Source: Candidatus Hadarchaeota archaeon
GTDB lineage: Archaea > Hadarchaeota > Hadarchaeia > Hadarchaeales > Hadarchaeaceae
Assembly: GCA_964514965.1 (NCBI GenBank)
Contig: CAZETV010000001.1
Location: 270,001 to 302,000 of the forward strand
Length of the DNA: 32,000 bases
Direction of reading: 5' to 3'
Shown here piece by piece: positions 1-11,325 of the stretch. The notes beneath the pieces were generated by a model that was given only the letters and a program-made list of their open reading frames with translations, was not told the origin of the DNA and searched no databases. The translations under genes and the position numbers were made by a program. The stretch's first letter is position 1; the number at the start of each line of letters is the position of its first letter.

Positions 1-190
1 GTTTGTGGGACAACTTCTGTGGCAACATGCTCTGAGAATCGAAGAAGCGAGCGCACTCTCCCCTGTGGTTGGATCCGTGGCACCGCTTGCCTTCCTCTTC
101 AGCATATTATTCTTGGGGGAGAGACCCACCAAAAGAGCGATTCTAGGGATGGTCATCATGTTTACAGGAATATTATTAATCACTGTATAG
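1..190 (+). CDS. C-terminal fragment of an EamA/DMT-type membrane transporter, truncated by the window edge
   Basis: Reading frame open from the window edge to the stop at 190. The hydrophobic tail ...SPVVGSVAPLAFLFSILFLGERPTKRAILGMVIMFTGILLITV is typical of the last two helices of EamA proteins. Confidence 0.75.
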   Translation, partial: FVGQLLWQHALRIEEASALSPVVGSVAPLAFLFSILFLGERPTKRAILGMVIMFTGILLITV

Positions 191-311
191 GTTCAACTCA
201 GTCCAGCAAATCTGGTACAAAGAGTCATTGTACAGTTTAGTACGAAAATTTAATCGCGACACTAAACCCCACGTTATATTTTTAATTAACAAGAATTTAG
301 TGTTCCAAGCC

Positions 312-1640
312 CTACTTCTTGAACTGCGGCATGTATTCGGCGTGAGCTTTCAAAAGTTCATCCATCATGGCCTTTGCAGCGTTCATATCGTGGACGTATG
401 GACACGCGATGAGCGCCTGGTACAGCACGTTCTTGTCGCCGCTCAGCGCAGCGTCCACGGTCAGCTCCTGCCAGTTTAGGATGTGCTGTGCCAACCCCAA
501 GAAAGGCTTGGGCAATTCTCCCATAGCTATAGGTGTCAATCCACGCTTGTTCACTGTACAGGGGCCTTCTACTATAGAATCGTTGGGGAGATTCGTGATA
601 ATCCCCTTGTTCGGGAAATTGATGCCTCCCCACTCCCTTCCATCGTCAGCGGATATGCTAACCAGTATGCCTATGGCTTGTCTTGAATGGTACAACTCGA
701 AACAATATTCGGATGGGTGTTGGTCGTATTTGGCCCCACCCAATAATTCCTCAACGAACTTCCAACGTGATTCGGACCACCCCAGTAGCGACCCCTCAAC
801 GGGAGGCCTTCCTTTTCTTTCCTTGAAAATCTCGTTGTAGTCCCAATACACGCGGTCGTGAGATGAGCATGCATTCAAGTATCCAAATGCTTCGAAGAGT
901 TTCATCGAAAAATCCAAGAACTGATCGTGGGGCCTCTCCCCCGTATATTTCCTGAGCCGTTCTTTCAGTAGGGGGTAGCCATCTTTTCCGTTGACCTGTA
1001 AATCCACTAGCCAGCTCAAGTGATTTACCCCTATGGCGCGCGGTCTTAGATCCTCACTAACACAGTAACGCCTTGAGAATGGAGGCATGTTGAGCACTCT
1101 CGGCAAGAGTGTCATGGATAACCCTGCGAAGCAGTCACATATCGAGATAAACCTGACATCAGTTTCCCGCCGAACTGCGTCGGCTATGAGATTTGCAGGG
1201 TTTATATAACTGATGACACTAGCTTCAGGGCACAAATCCTCTACCATCCTGCAGTATTCGAGAGTAGCTGGAATGGTACATTGAGCCATGAATGTTCCAC
1301 CCGGTCCGGAAGTTTCATCACCGCATATGCCGTGCTTTGTTGGGATTTCGATATCGTACTTCATGTGTTGTAACCCACCAACCCTATAACCAAGCAAAAC
1401 AAATGTCGCGCTTTCAAGTGCCTCTTTGGGGTCGGTTGTTGAACTGAACTTTATGTCCGCCCCATTCCTCTTGGATAATTCCGCTCCAAGTTTGGTCAAT
1501 TTGGGTAGGCGGCTTGAATCTATGTCCATCAAGCATACCTCACTTCCGTTGAGGGTTTCCTTGTTCTCCAGAATTGTATAAATCAAGGATGGAACGAAAG
1601 GACTTCCGCCTCCGAGAAGAACTATCTTCTCATCTGACAT
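312..1640 (-). CDS. Glycoside hydrolase family 4-like protein (NAD-dependent alpha-galactosidase/glucosidase type)
   Basis: N-terminal dinucleotide-binding segment KIVLLGGGSPFVPSLIYTILE, 'YINPANL', 'AIGVNHLSWLVDL' and the GH4-like C-terminus. The track ORF extends to 1676, but ATG 1640 has an upstream GAGG (AAGAGGTTCAAAAAATG). Confidence 0.8.
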   Translation of the reverse strand: MSDEKIVLLGGGSPFVPSLIYTILENKETLNGSEVCLMDIDSSRLPKLTKLGAELSKRNGADIKFSSTTDPKEALESATFVLLGYRVGGLQHMKYDIEIPTKHGICGDETSGPGGTFMAQCTIPATLEYCRMVEDLCPEASVISYINPANLIADAVRRETDVRFISICDCFAGLSMTLLPRVLNMPPFSRRYCVSEDLRPRAIGVNHLSWLVDLQVNGKDGYPLLKERLRKYTGERPHDQFLDFSMKLFEAFGYLNACSSHDRVYWDYNEIFKERKGRPPVEGSLLGWSESRWKFVEELLGGAKYDQHPSEYCFELYHSRQAIGILVSISADDGREWGGINFPNKGIITNLPNDSIVEGPCTVNKRGLTPIAMGELPKPFLGLAQHILNWQELTVDAALSGDKNVLYQALIACPYVHDMNAAKAMMDELLKAHAEYMPQFKK

Positions 1641-2056
1641 TTTTTGAACCTCTTTTAATCGTTGATTTTTAATCATTTAAAAGTGATGTTGCAAGCTTAG
1701 CTTTGCACAATGATTAGTTTTCTGCACAAAATTGATCAAGGCCGCGGAAGATTCTTTAACGCCTCAGCCCAAAATATTACCTCGTTAAACCATGCGCTAA
1801 CACTCTCTAATGAAACTTAAATTTCAATTTTCATGACTTTTTGATAAAACGCAGGAACCCTTAATATTTTCCTTGATGCTCAAGCCGCGTGGTATTTGCA
1901 ATATCGGCTGCATACTTTGGATGATTTCTATAAGTTCGTCCATGGAGACCCCGCCACCGACTATATCGTTGAAATTGGAGCGATATCCTAATTACCCACC
2001 TTATTGATAGCTGGTTTCTAAATGGTCTCAATTTCCGTGATATTTTTAGGATGTAA

Positions 2057-3412
<1,356 letters not shown>

Positions 3413-3487
3413 TTCTGAAGTAAAATAAAGCACAAATTTTGGCGGAGGAGTACTATTATCTACCCCTATCTACTTGATAACGGTGAA

Positions 3488-3500
3488 AATTATATATACT
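3488..3500 (+). promoter_or_regulatory. Candidate archaeal TATA element upstream of the ABC transporter genes
   Basis: AATTATATATACT about 45 nt upstream of the ATG at 3541, followed by AGGAG just before the start. Confidence 0.4.
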
Positions 3501-3540
3501 ATGCTCATAAAAACGAAAATAAGAAACAGGAGCAAAAAAT

Positions 3541-4617
3541 ATGAAAGATAACGTACCACGAAAAATAAAAAATTCACTCACAAGTCCTTTTGCCAAATTC
3601 GTTTACAAGCGGATTGCATTCTATTTAATTGTGGCTTTTGTCGCAATAACCTTCACCTTTCTTTTACCTCGATTGATGCCAGGAAATCCTGTTGACCTTA
3701 TGATCAGCCACAAATCGACAAATATAGGGGGCGCGTCTCAAACCGGGAGCATGACAGTGCTTACTGATATGCGAAACACGATGATGACATACTTTGGTTT
3801 AAATAAATCATTGCTTGATCAATATGCGAGTTTTTGGGGGCAACTTTTCCACGGGGACTTAGGGACATCGTTTGGTCAGTATCCACGGTCAGTTTCGGAG
3901 CTGATTTTAATAAGATTGCCATTTACCTTGGTTCTCGTGATCCCAGCAATTTTAATCACTTTCTTTTTGGGAAATTGGATTGGATCTAAATCCGCATTTC
4001 TAAAAGGTAAGAAGAATGATTTAAGTTATTTTCTATCTGTTCTCGCCAATCAAATGCCGTTCTTCTGGCTGGCGATGATTCTTGTGGCTGTTTTTTCGGT
4101 AACGCTGAGTATTTTCCCCTCCTATGGGTGGATTACCAGAGAATTGTTGCCCACCCTTCGCTCGGGTGTTAGTCTTAACGCGTTTCTCGATATAGTCAGC
4201 CACTATATTTTGCCATTTCTTGTTCTGATAATCGTGTACACAGGCGGATGGGCCATAGGCATGAGGTCCATGACGCTTTACGAGAATAACTCTGATTACA
4301 TTCTCTACTCTGAGCGGCTGGGTTTCAGAAAAGATAAGTTAAGGTCCTACGCTCAGAGGAACGCGATTCTGCCGCAGTTTACGGGTTTGAACTTGATGTT
4401 CAATACACTTGTTGGGGCAACCCTGATCATCGAAGTCGTTTTCGGATGGCCCGGAATCGGTTATTTGCTGTACAAGGCTGTGTTAAATTTAGACTTTCCA
4501 TTAGTGATGGGGGGTTTCCTTATCACGATGCTCATAGTAATCTTTGGTAACTTCCTGATAGACATCGCGTATGGGTTAGTAGACCCGCGCATCAGAACTG
4601 GTTATCTGGGGAGATAA
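3541..4617 (+). CDS. Oligopeptide/oligosaccharide ABC transporter permease (DppB/OppB type)
   Basis: Multi-pass protein with 'LLPRLMPGNPVD', 'FGTSFGQYPRSV' and '...FNTLVGATLIIEVVFGWPGIGYLLYKAVLNLDFPLVMG', the permease signature. Confidence 0.93.
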   Translation: MKDNVPRKIKNSLTSPFAKFVYKRIAFYLIVAFVAITFTFLLPRLMPGNPVDLMISHKSTNIGGASQTGSMTVLTDMRNTMMTYFGLNKSLLDQYASFWGQLFHGDLGTSFGQYPRSVSELILIRLPFTLVLVIPAILITFFLGNWIGSKSAFLKGKKNDLSYFLSVLANQMPFFWLAMILVAVFSVTLSIFPSYGWITRELLPTLRSGVSLNAFLDIVSHYILPFLVLIIVYTGGWAIGMRSMTLYENNSDYILYSERLGFRKDKLRSYAQRNAILPQFTGLNLMFNTLVGATLIIEVVFGWPGIGYLLYKAVLNLDFPLVMGGFLITMLIVIFGNFLIDIAYGLVDPRIRTGYLGR

Positions 4618-4618
4618 A

Positions 4619-5446
4619 ATGTGGGAGCTACTCTTAAGAAATAAGAGATTTATGATATCTCTGGGCGTTATAGTCGCCATCGTACTATTCGGTATAATAG
4701 CGCCCCTAGTGTCCCGAGACCCGTTAAAAGTCTACGGCGAACCTTACCAGCCACCTTCTGGTGAGTTCATCCTAGGCACTGATTCTTTCGGGAGGGATGT
4801 GTTTGCAAATCTCAGCGTGGGCACCTGCACCTCGCTTACGATTGGTCTTTTTGCCGGAGGCATATCCGCTCTCTTGGCCGTTGTCTTTGGAGCCATAGGA
4901 CCTTACAAGCGGGGGCTAGTAGATAACGTTTGTAATTTTATAACCAATATTATGCTGGTTTTTCCAGTGATACCCCTGTTGATAATCATATCGGCGTTTC
5001 TCATGGAAAGGTCTCTGTTGCTGGTGGGTTTAATAATAGGCTTAATAAGTTGGCCTTGGGCGGCGAGGTCTATACGTTCCCAAGTTCTCAGTCTGAAGGA
5101 GAGGGAATTTGTAAGTCTGGCCAAACTGTCTGGCATAAAGGAGAGAACGATAATAATAACAGAGATTTTGCCTAATTTATTAGCTTACGTCGCAATGGTC
5201 TTTGTGTTCGCGATCGGTGGAGCTATTTTGGCTGAAGCTGGCATTAGCATGATAGGCCTGGGCCCCACTAACACCGTTTCACTGGGTACACTTCTTTATT
5301 GGGCTTTGCTGAACGAGACTTTTAGGCAGGGAATTTGGTGGATGTTCCTTCCCCCAGGAATAATCTTGACCATTCTCATGGTGGCTGCTTTTACTATGCA
5401 CTCTGGAATGGACGAGGTATTTAATCCTAGATTACGTACGAGGTGA
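4619..5446 (+). CDS. Oligopeptide/oligosaccharide ABC transporter permease (DppC/OppC type)
   Basis: 'HILGTDSFGRDVF'-like motif (FILGTDSFGRDVFANLS), 'SWPWAARSIRSQVLSLKEREFVSLAKLSG' EAA-like loop, 'EAGISMIGLGPTN'. Starts 1 nt after the upstream stop. Confidence 0.93.
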   Translation: MWELLLRNKRFMISLGVIVAIVLFGIIAPLVSRDPLKVYGEPYQPPSGEFILGTDSFGRDVFANLSVGTCTSLTIGLFAGGISALLAVVFGAIGPYKRGLVDNVCNFITNIMLVFPVIPLLIIISAFLMERSLLLVGLIIGLISWPWAARSIRSQVLSLKEREFVSLAKLSGIKERTIIITEILPNLLAYVAMVFVFAIGGAILAEAGISMIGLGPTNTVSLGTLLYWALLNETFRQGIWWMFLPPGIILTILMVAAFTMHSGMDEVFNPRLRTR

Positions 5447-5451
5447 TCTGA

Positions 5452-6435
5452 TTGGCTAAACGACCACTTTTGGTAATAAAAAATCTCAGAGGTTACTATA
5501 AAGGGACGTTCGGCGTCGTTCATGGTGTCGACGGAGTTTCGCTCTCAGTTAATGAAGGCGAGGTAGTGGGGCTTGCCGGTGAGTCTGGCTGTGGAAAATC
5601 AACACTTGCCGAACTAGTTTCAGGCACTCCCGGCCCGCTATTACATTATGAGGGGGGCAATATACTTGTCAATGGCTTCGATATTTACAAAATCAATCCT
5701 GAAGTTTTGAGGACGCAAATCAAATGTAAGCGCATGTCATACGTCCCCCAAGCTTCGTTAAATTCTTTGAACCCAGTTAAGAGGGTAAGAGATTTCCTCA
5801 TGGACGTTGTGAAAGAGCGCACCGGCAAAAAACCCCGTAAAGACGAGGTTTTCAAAATTGCAGGCGAACATTTAAGGAGGCTGGGGTTGGACGAACATGT
5901 CCTCAGTCTCTATCCGCATGAACTTAGCGGAGGCATGAAGCAAAGAACTGTCATAGCGATATCCACCCTTTGGAACCCAGAACTTCTCATAATAGACGAA
6001 CCGACTTCCGCTCTCGATGTAACCTCACAAAAGCACATGATACGATTACTTTTGAATTTGAAAAAAGATGAAATAATCAAGAGCATATTGTTCATTTCCC
6101 ATGACATTTCCACCTTAAGACAACTGTGCGATAGATGTATTATTATGTACGCGGGGAGGGTGGTTGAAACAGGAAAAATGGATGAAATAATAAATAATCC
6201 TCTTCACCCCTACACCCGCGGGCTTATATCCTCCATTGTTTCTTACGATATTAAAAAAAGAGGAAAGGGCGGTTTGAAAAGCATTCCCGGGGTACATCCA
6301 GATTTAAGGAACCCCCCACCCGGCTGCAGATTTCATCCCAGATGCGAGAAATGTATGGAGATGTGCAAGACTAAAGAGCCCCCTCTCCAATCGAAACGCG
6401 AGAGACAGATTTCTTGCTGGCTATACCGTAGGTGA
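5452..6435 (+). CDS. ABC transporter ATP-binding protein (DppD/OppD type)
   Basis: Walker A GESGCGKST, signature LSGGMKQR, Walker B LLIIDEPTSALD, C-terminal oligo_HPY-like 'NPPPGCRFHPRCEKCMEMC'. TTG start at 5452 with GAGGTGA upstream. Confidence 0.93.
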   Translation: MAKRPLLVIKNLRGYYKGTFGVVHGVDGVSLSVNEGEVVGLAGESGCGKSTLAELVSGTPGPLLHYEGGNILVNGFDIYKINPEVLRTQIKCKRMSYVPQASLNSLNPVKRVRDFLMDVVKERTGKKPRKDEVFKIAGEHLRRLGLDEHVLSLYPHELSGGMKQRTVIAISTLWNPELLIIDEPTSALDVTSQKHMIRLLLNLKKDEIIKSILFISHDISTLRQLCDRCIIMYAGRVVETGKMDEIINNPLHPYTRGLISSIVSYDIKKRGKGGLKSIPGVHPDLRNPPPGCRFHPRCEKCMEMCKTKEPPLQSKRERQISCWLYRR

Positions 6436-7253
6436 AGAGAATGAGAAAGAGAAAAGTTATTCTGAAAGTTAAAAAGTTGAACAAGAATTATACTTCGGGT
6501 TACATAAGGACGACTATTATACCCGCCGTAAAAAATGTAGAGTTCGATGTTAAAAGAGGTGAGATAGTCTCCTTGGTGGGTGAAAGTGGCAGCGGCAAAA
6601 CGACCACAGCCAAGATGATTTTAGGATTAATCGAACCAACATCAGGGCACATCTTTCTCGACGGTAAAGACGCATTTTCCTACAACAAACGAAAATATTA
6701 TCGAAAAGTGCAAGCCATTGTTCAAGACCCTTACTCGGCGTATAACACATTTTACAAAATCAACCGCATTTTGGACAAGGCATTCGATCTTCGTGGTAAT
6801 ACACCCCATGAAAAAAGAAAAGAGACCATTAATGCCACATTGAGGTCTATCGGATTAAACCCTGAAGAAGTGCTGGGTAGATACCCGCACCAGCTGAGCG
6901 GGGGTCAGCTGCAGCGGTTCCTCATCGCTAGAGCTTTGATTATCGGTTCGGAGCTGCTGATATCCGATGAACCAACCAGCATGATAGATGCGTCCTCACG
7001 TGCCGGTATCTTGAATATCTTTCTCGATTTGAAAAAGAAGAGGGATTTATCGATCTTATTTATAACGCATGATATAGGGCAAGCCCAATATATCTCTGAC
7101 AGGATTATTGTGATGAAGAAAGGAGAGATTGTTGAAATGGGGTCGAGCGAAAAAGTCCTCACACATCCTTCTCACCCTTACACGAAGGAATTGTTAGCTA
7201 ATGTGCCAAAACTTTACGAAAAGTGGGATTTCAACACCGAAAAGCAAAAGTAA
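6432..7253 (+). CDS. ABC transporter ATP-binding protein (DppF/OppF type)
   Basis: Walker A GESGSGKTT, signature LSGGQLQR, 'LLISDEPTSMID'. GTG start overlaps the upstream stop. Confidence 0.92.
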   Translation: MKRMRKRKVILKVKKLNKNYTSGYIRTTIIPAVKNVEFDVKRGEIVSLVGESGSGKTTTAKMILGLIEPTSGHIFLDGKDAFSYNKRKYYRKVQAIVQDPYSAYNTFYKINRILDKAFDLRGNTPHEKRKETINATLRSIGLNPEEVLGRYPHQLSGGQLQRFLIARALIIGSELLISDEPTSMIDASSRAGILNIFLDLKKKRDLSILFITHDIGQAQYISDRIIVMKKGEIVEMGSSEKVLTHPSHPYTKELLANVPKLYEKWDFNTEKQK

Positions 7254-7280
7254 GAAAAAAATCGCTACTTCTAATTCGTA

Positions 7281-7292
7281 ACCTATAAATAG
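7281..7292 (+). promoter_or_regulatory. Candidate TATA element for a separate binding-protein transcript
   Basis: ACCTATAAATAG about 50 nt before the ATG at 7336, followed by a strong purine-rich RBS (AAAAAGGAGGGAGG). Confidence 0.4.
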
Positions 7293-7335
7293 TATCTATT
7301 TACCATTTCAAATGTAAAAAGGAGGGAGGAAATAA

Positions 7336-9288
7336 ATGAAAAAACGACAATTAGCGATTACAGTTCCATTGATGATTTCGCTTCTATTCGCGACTTTTGC
7401 GACTTCTGTGACTCCTGTCGGTTCCAACGGGGGAGTACCGAGAGACGAGATAATATGGGCCAGCGGATACTGGTCAATACCTGGTGCTTGGGTCCCATGC
7501 ATTGCCAGCTGGGGCGAGGCCTGGGGGACGTACTTCATGTACGAGCCGTTGTTCCAGTACAACTACCAAACCGATGAACTCGTGGGCATCTTGGGAGATA
7601 ACATCAGATGGGTTGATCCGAACACTATAGAAGTAACCCTTCGAGATGGCATCCAGTGGAACGATGGCACGCCGATAACATCCGATGACGTTAAATTCAG
7701 TTACTACCTCTGCGGTGGGTTTGATGAATCCCCCGACGGAATGTATTGGCAAATTCCTAGCTTCGCGGAAAGGGTAGGGTCAGAGAACAACTTCGAAGTG
7801 GTGAGCGACCGAGTATTCCGAGTGCACATAAAAGAAGATTATCCGAACAGCAGATATGTGTGGCAAACTATTATCGGCGGAGGGGTTCTCATAACGCCAA
7901 AAGCCGTGTGGGAGAATATTGAAGAAACGTATCCAGGCTGGATTCCTTCCTTTGCCAATGATTGGCAGAGCGGGGACACCCCAGATGAATGGAAAGTCGC
8001 ATCAGGACCGTACCTGCCATACGACTGGACAGAGGACACGGAGATATTGATTAGAAACGATAATTGGTGGGGAAACGATGTATTCGGCGCACCTGCGGCC
8101 AAATACATAGGCTCTCTAAACTTCACGAGCAACTACGGAACGAATACAGCGCTGGACGAAGGGAGGATTGATTGGTACGGTGGTTTCTACCCACGGATTT
8201 GGGAAAGTCCAAATGAGGGCTTAGACACGTGGACGCACATGGAAGCGCCCTATTTCTTAGGTGGACCATCTTCCTTCGGTCTAGTGCCCAATTACGACCG
8301 CTATCCGCTGAACGAACCTTGGCTGCACCAAGCCATAGCATTCGCAATAGATTATGACTACCTCAACGAGGCATGTGCGACTGGCTACCTTACAAAATCC
8401 AACCCCACATTGCTGTGCGAGTGGTTCCCACAACTGGCCAAGTTCATAGACAACGATATCGTGGAAGAGTACGACTTTTACTATGACCCATCTAAATCTC
8501 TAGATATCCTCGAGAACTACTGCATCAAAGTCGATGGTGTTTGGTATACCAAAGATGCACCCGCTACTTGGCGCGGTGAGACCATAGAAGATGCGCTCCC
8601 CGACAACGCGGGCAGAAATGTGGCGCTCGGCCCTTGGAAGATTATGAACGTGCAAGGATGGACGGATACGATGATGGAAGCCACGGCCATCTCGAGTAAC
8701 CTCTCAGATATAGGCATAACCGCTACCTCGGACCCAATTGAATACAACACTTTCATAACCAATTTCCAAGCGATGAACTTCGACTGGCAAATCCAAACCA
8801 ACATAGGATCCTCAGAACCTTGGCCACTCAATTTCTACGGCCCAGCACTAACAGGGCAGCCCGGTAATTGGCTAAACTACGAAGGCTACGGCAATTGGCC
8901 AACTTTCACAGATTCGGAAGTTGACAACTTGCTGGCAGAACTTGACATCACCGCTGTGGGCTCCGCAAGAGAGGCAGAGATAGTGGAAAACATCGAATAC
9001 ATATATGCAAGTGAATTGCCGGTAATACCATACGCTTATTCACCAGAATGGTACGCATTCCAGACCACGTATTGGGAAAACTGGCCTGCTGAGGACAACC
9101 CGTGGTTGTACGCAACGGCTCCTTGGGAAATCGGTAAACCGGGAGCGATGCAGATGCTAGTCACCCATCTCGTGCCAGCGGGAACAACGCCAACACCAAC
9201 ACCAGCGGGAGAAATACCTTGGGTTTACATAGGCATTGGAATTGTAGTCATTGTAATAATAGCAATTTTGGCCGTGAAGAGAGTATAG
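7336..9288 (+). CDS. Extracellular solute-binding protein family 5 (oligopeptide/oligosaccharide binding), membrane-anchored
   Basis: N-terminal signal peptide (MKKRQLAITVPLMISLLFATFATS...), SBP_bac_5-like core 'TIEVTLRDGIQWNDGTPITSDDVKFSY', C-terminal PTPTP linker plus a single transmembrane helix. Confidence 0.93.
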   Translation: MKKRQLAITVPLMISLLFATFATSVTPVGSNGGVPRDEIIWASGYWSIPGAWVPCIASWGEAWGTYFMYEPLFQYNYQTDELVGILGDNIRWVDPNTIEVTLRDGIQWNDGTPITSDDVKFSYYLCGGFDESPDGMYWQIPSFAERVGSENNFEVVSDRVFRVHIKEDYPNSRYVWQTIIGGGVLITPKAVWENIEETYPGWIPSFANDWQSGDTPDEWKVASGPYLPYDWTEDTEILIRNDNWWGNDVFGAPAAKYIGSLNFTSNYGTNTALDEGRIDWYGGFYPRIWESPNEGLDTWTHMEAPYFLGGPSSFGLVPNYDRYPLNEPWLHQAIAFAIDYDYLNEACATGYLTKSNPTLLCEWFPQLAKFIDNDIVEEYDFYYDPSKSLDILENYCIKVDGVWYTKDAPATWRGETIEDALPDNAGRNVALGPWKIMNVQGWTDTMMEATAISSNLSDIGITATSDPIEYNTFITNFQAMNFDWQIQTNIGSSEPWPLNFYGPALTGQPGNWLNYEGYGNWPTFTDSEVDNLLAELDITAVGSAREAEIVENIEYIYASELPVIPYAYSPEWYAFQTTYWENWPAEDNPWLYATAPWEIGKPGAMQMLVTHLVPAGTTPTPTPAGEIPWVYIGIGIVVIVIIAILAVKRV

Positions 9289-9300
9289 TGAAACAGCAGG

Positions 9301-9334
9301 GGGAAATGCAATTTCCCTCTTTTTATTTTTTATC
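9301..9334. terminator. Hairpin plus T-rich tract between convergent genes
   Basis: GGGAAAT GCA ATTTCCC perfect inverted repeat (9303-9319, extendable by two pairs, one of them G-T), followed by TCTTTTTATTTTTTAT. Confidence 0.5.
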
Positions 9335-10000
9335 CATTTTTGTTAGCACTTTCCATATTCCTAAGACTAGATTAAACATTGGGACTTCCTTCTGATACCG
9401 CCTGTATGCGTCCCCCCATTTTAGCACGTTAAGTTCTTCTTCCCCTTTGACATCGTAGTAAAAACCGATGAAAAAAAGGACATTGCCGATTATCGAAAGG
9501 ACGGTGAAGGGAATCCCCCCGCTGAGGACAATCGTGACCAAAAGGAGGACCAGCGCGAACGAGATTTCTTCTGGGTGTCTCATGATTCTGTACGGGCCTT
9601 CCCTGATGAAGATCACAGTTTCGCGCCTGTCGCTGGTCCCTCCCTTCTTCTTTCTTAGACGTGATGTATACCTACCTACAGTAAAGATAGTGATGAAAAA
9701 TGCAAATATCAAAATCTTCACTATTAACGGAAAATCTATCGAAGGCAGCCGGGCGAAGGAACTTAAATCTCCCCATCCCGTTTGCTTTGCTATGAAGGAG
9801 AGGGCGCAAAGCGCGGTTCCGAGTATCGCCAAAAGAGGGAAGATTAATGGGTATTTGAATTTGTACGAGCCCCTTTCATACTGCACGTAGCGGAGTCCCC
9901 TTCTCGACACCTCATTCTTTGCCTCTTCTGGTTTGAGTTCTCCCTGTTTCACTCTCTCGGCTATGTCCTTTACCAGACCTTCCTTTTTTTCTTTCGCCAT
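9323..10000 (-). CDS. Isoprenylcysteine carboxyl methyltransferase-like membrane methyltransferase
   Basis: Several TM segments and an ICMT-like C-terminus 'IREGPYRIMRHPEEISFALVLLL...GEEELNVLKWGDAYRRYQKEVPMF'. N-terminal charged ~40-aa extension. Confidence 0.7.
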   Translation of the reverse strand: MAKEKKEGLVKDIAERVKQGELKPEEAKNEVSRRGLRYVQYERGSYKFKYPLIFPLLAILGTALCALSFIAKQTGWGDLSSFARLPSIDFPLIVKILIFAFFITIFTVGRYTSRLRKKKGGTSDRRETVIFIREGPYRIMRHPEEISFALVLLLVTIVLSGGIPFTVLSIIGNVLFFIGFYYDVKGEEELNVLKWGDAYRRYQKEVPMFNLVLGIWKVLTKMDKK

Positions 10001-10052
10001 CCTACATCAATCCTTCTTCTTTACCTAAGATTCAAATATAACAAATTTTCTA

Positions 10053-11305
10053 CTACCTTGTCCCACGCATAAAGATGGTTGCTATCAGAAGACTCGCAAT
10101 CACCAGAAATAAATTTGTCATGATGGGCGTGTTGAATCCGAAGTTATCGAAAAGTAAGCCGCCGATGATAGGGGCCGGAGAGGATCCCAGTGCTCTGAAA
10201 GCATATAGTCTACCCATAGCTTGACCTCTCCTCTTTGCCGGGACTTCATCTGCGAGCCAAGCGAATGTAGCCGGAACCCACGCAATGAAAGTTATTGCCC
10301 ATGGTATTTGAAGTATCAGAAAAGCCTCAAATTGATGGAAAAAAAGGTATCCGATGAGCGCAAAGCATCCCATGATTTGAGTAATTAAAAGAATAATCTT
10401 TCGCCCGTACTTGTCGATCATTTTGCCCAAGGGAATCACCAAAAGTAATGAGCTGAATGATAGGGCCGCATATAAATAGCCAATCTGCGGGACTGTAAAG
10501 CCGAACTCCTTCGTCAACATGCCATAGAAAATCGGCCATGTGGTCCACCAAGCCAGTTGATTAATCATGACGAACAGAAAAAATCCAATGAGTTTCCTTT
10601 CAGGGATAAATATAGTTTTAAATATACTTCTGATGTCGTTTTTCGTTAGAAACCTTTTGCGTTGCCCTCGATGTGTTTCCTTTAATAAAAAAATCAGAGC
10701 AAAGTTAAGAGCTCCACAAATCAGAAAAATCAGAAAAATTATCTGATACCCGAAGTATCCATGAAGTAAACCAGCAATGATCGGAGCATAGATTCCGGTG
10801 GCCTGTCCCAATCCCGTAATCAAACCCATAACGGTTCCTCTCTCCTTTTTTTCAACGGACTCTGCCAGAAGGGCATCCCAAGCTGGCTGGCTGATTGCGC
10901 TAGATGTTCCCCAGAAGATGATGGCTGGGATGAGAAGATACCATATTTTGGCCATGGCTGACGTAATGGTAAATATAGCTAAGGCGACTACTGAGAGTCC
11001 AGCGCCCATAATCAGGGGCTTTTTTCTCCTAATGCTGTCAGAAATTTTTCCAAAAATGGTTGTAAAATTGTGAGTGATAACCAGCCAAGGCTTTGTAATA
11101 CACCAAGAATGGTTACGGATGCTCCAAGAAAGAGCACAAAGGGCTGCCAAGCAACATAAAATAAATTAAGTCCTGTGTTAAATATCAAAGTCTGAATGAT
11201 TAGTATTCTTACGTTTCCCCTTATCGGCAAAAAATTCCTTAAGCTAAGCTTAAGGCTCATTTTCAACCTCCTCTTTTTAATGAGGTGTTTTAAATATAAA
11301 ACCAA
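10053..11305 (-). pseudogene. Major facilitator superfamily permease split by a frameshift
   Basis: ORFs 11012-11305 (MSLKLSLRNFLPIRGNVRILIIQTLIFNTGLNLFYVAWQPFVLFLGASVTILGVLQSLG...) and 10053-11150 (...IFGKISDSIRRKKPLIMGAGLSVVAL...) are consecutive parts of one MFS protein. The frame changes at the A5 (T5 in sense) run 11052-11056. Sequencing error is not excluded. Confidence 0.75.
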
Positions 11306-11325
11306 TTATTAGTAACATTTGGAGG

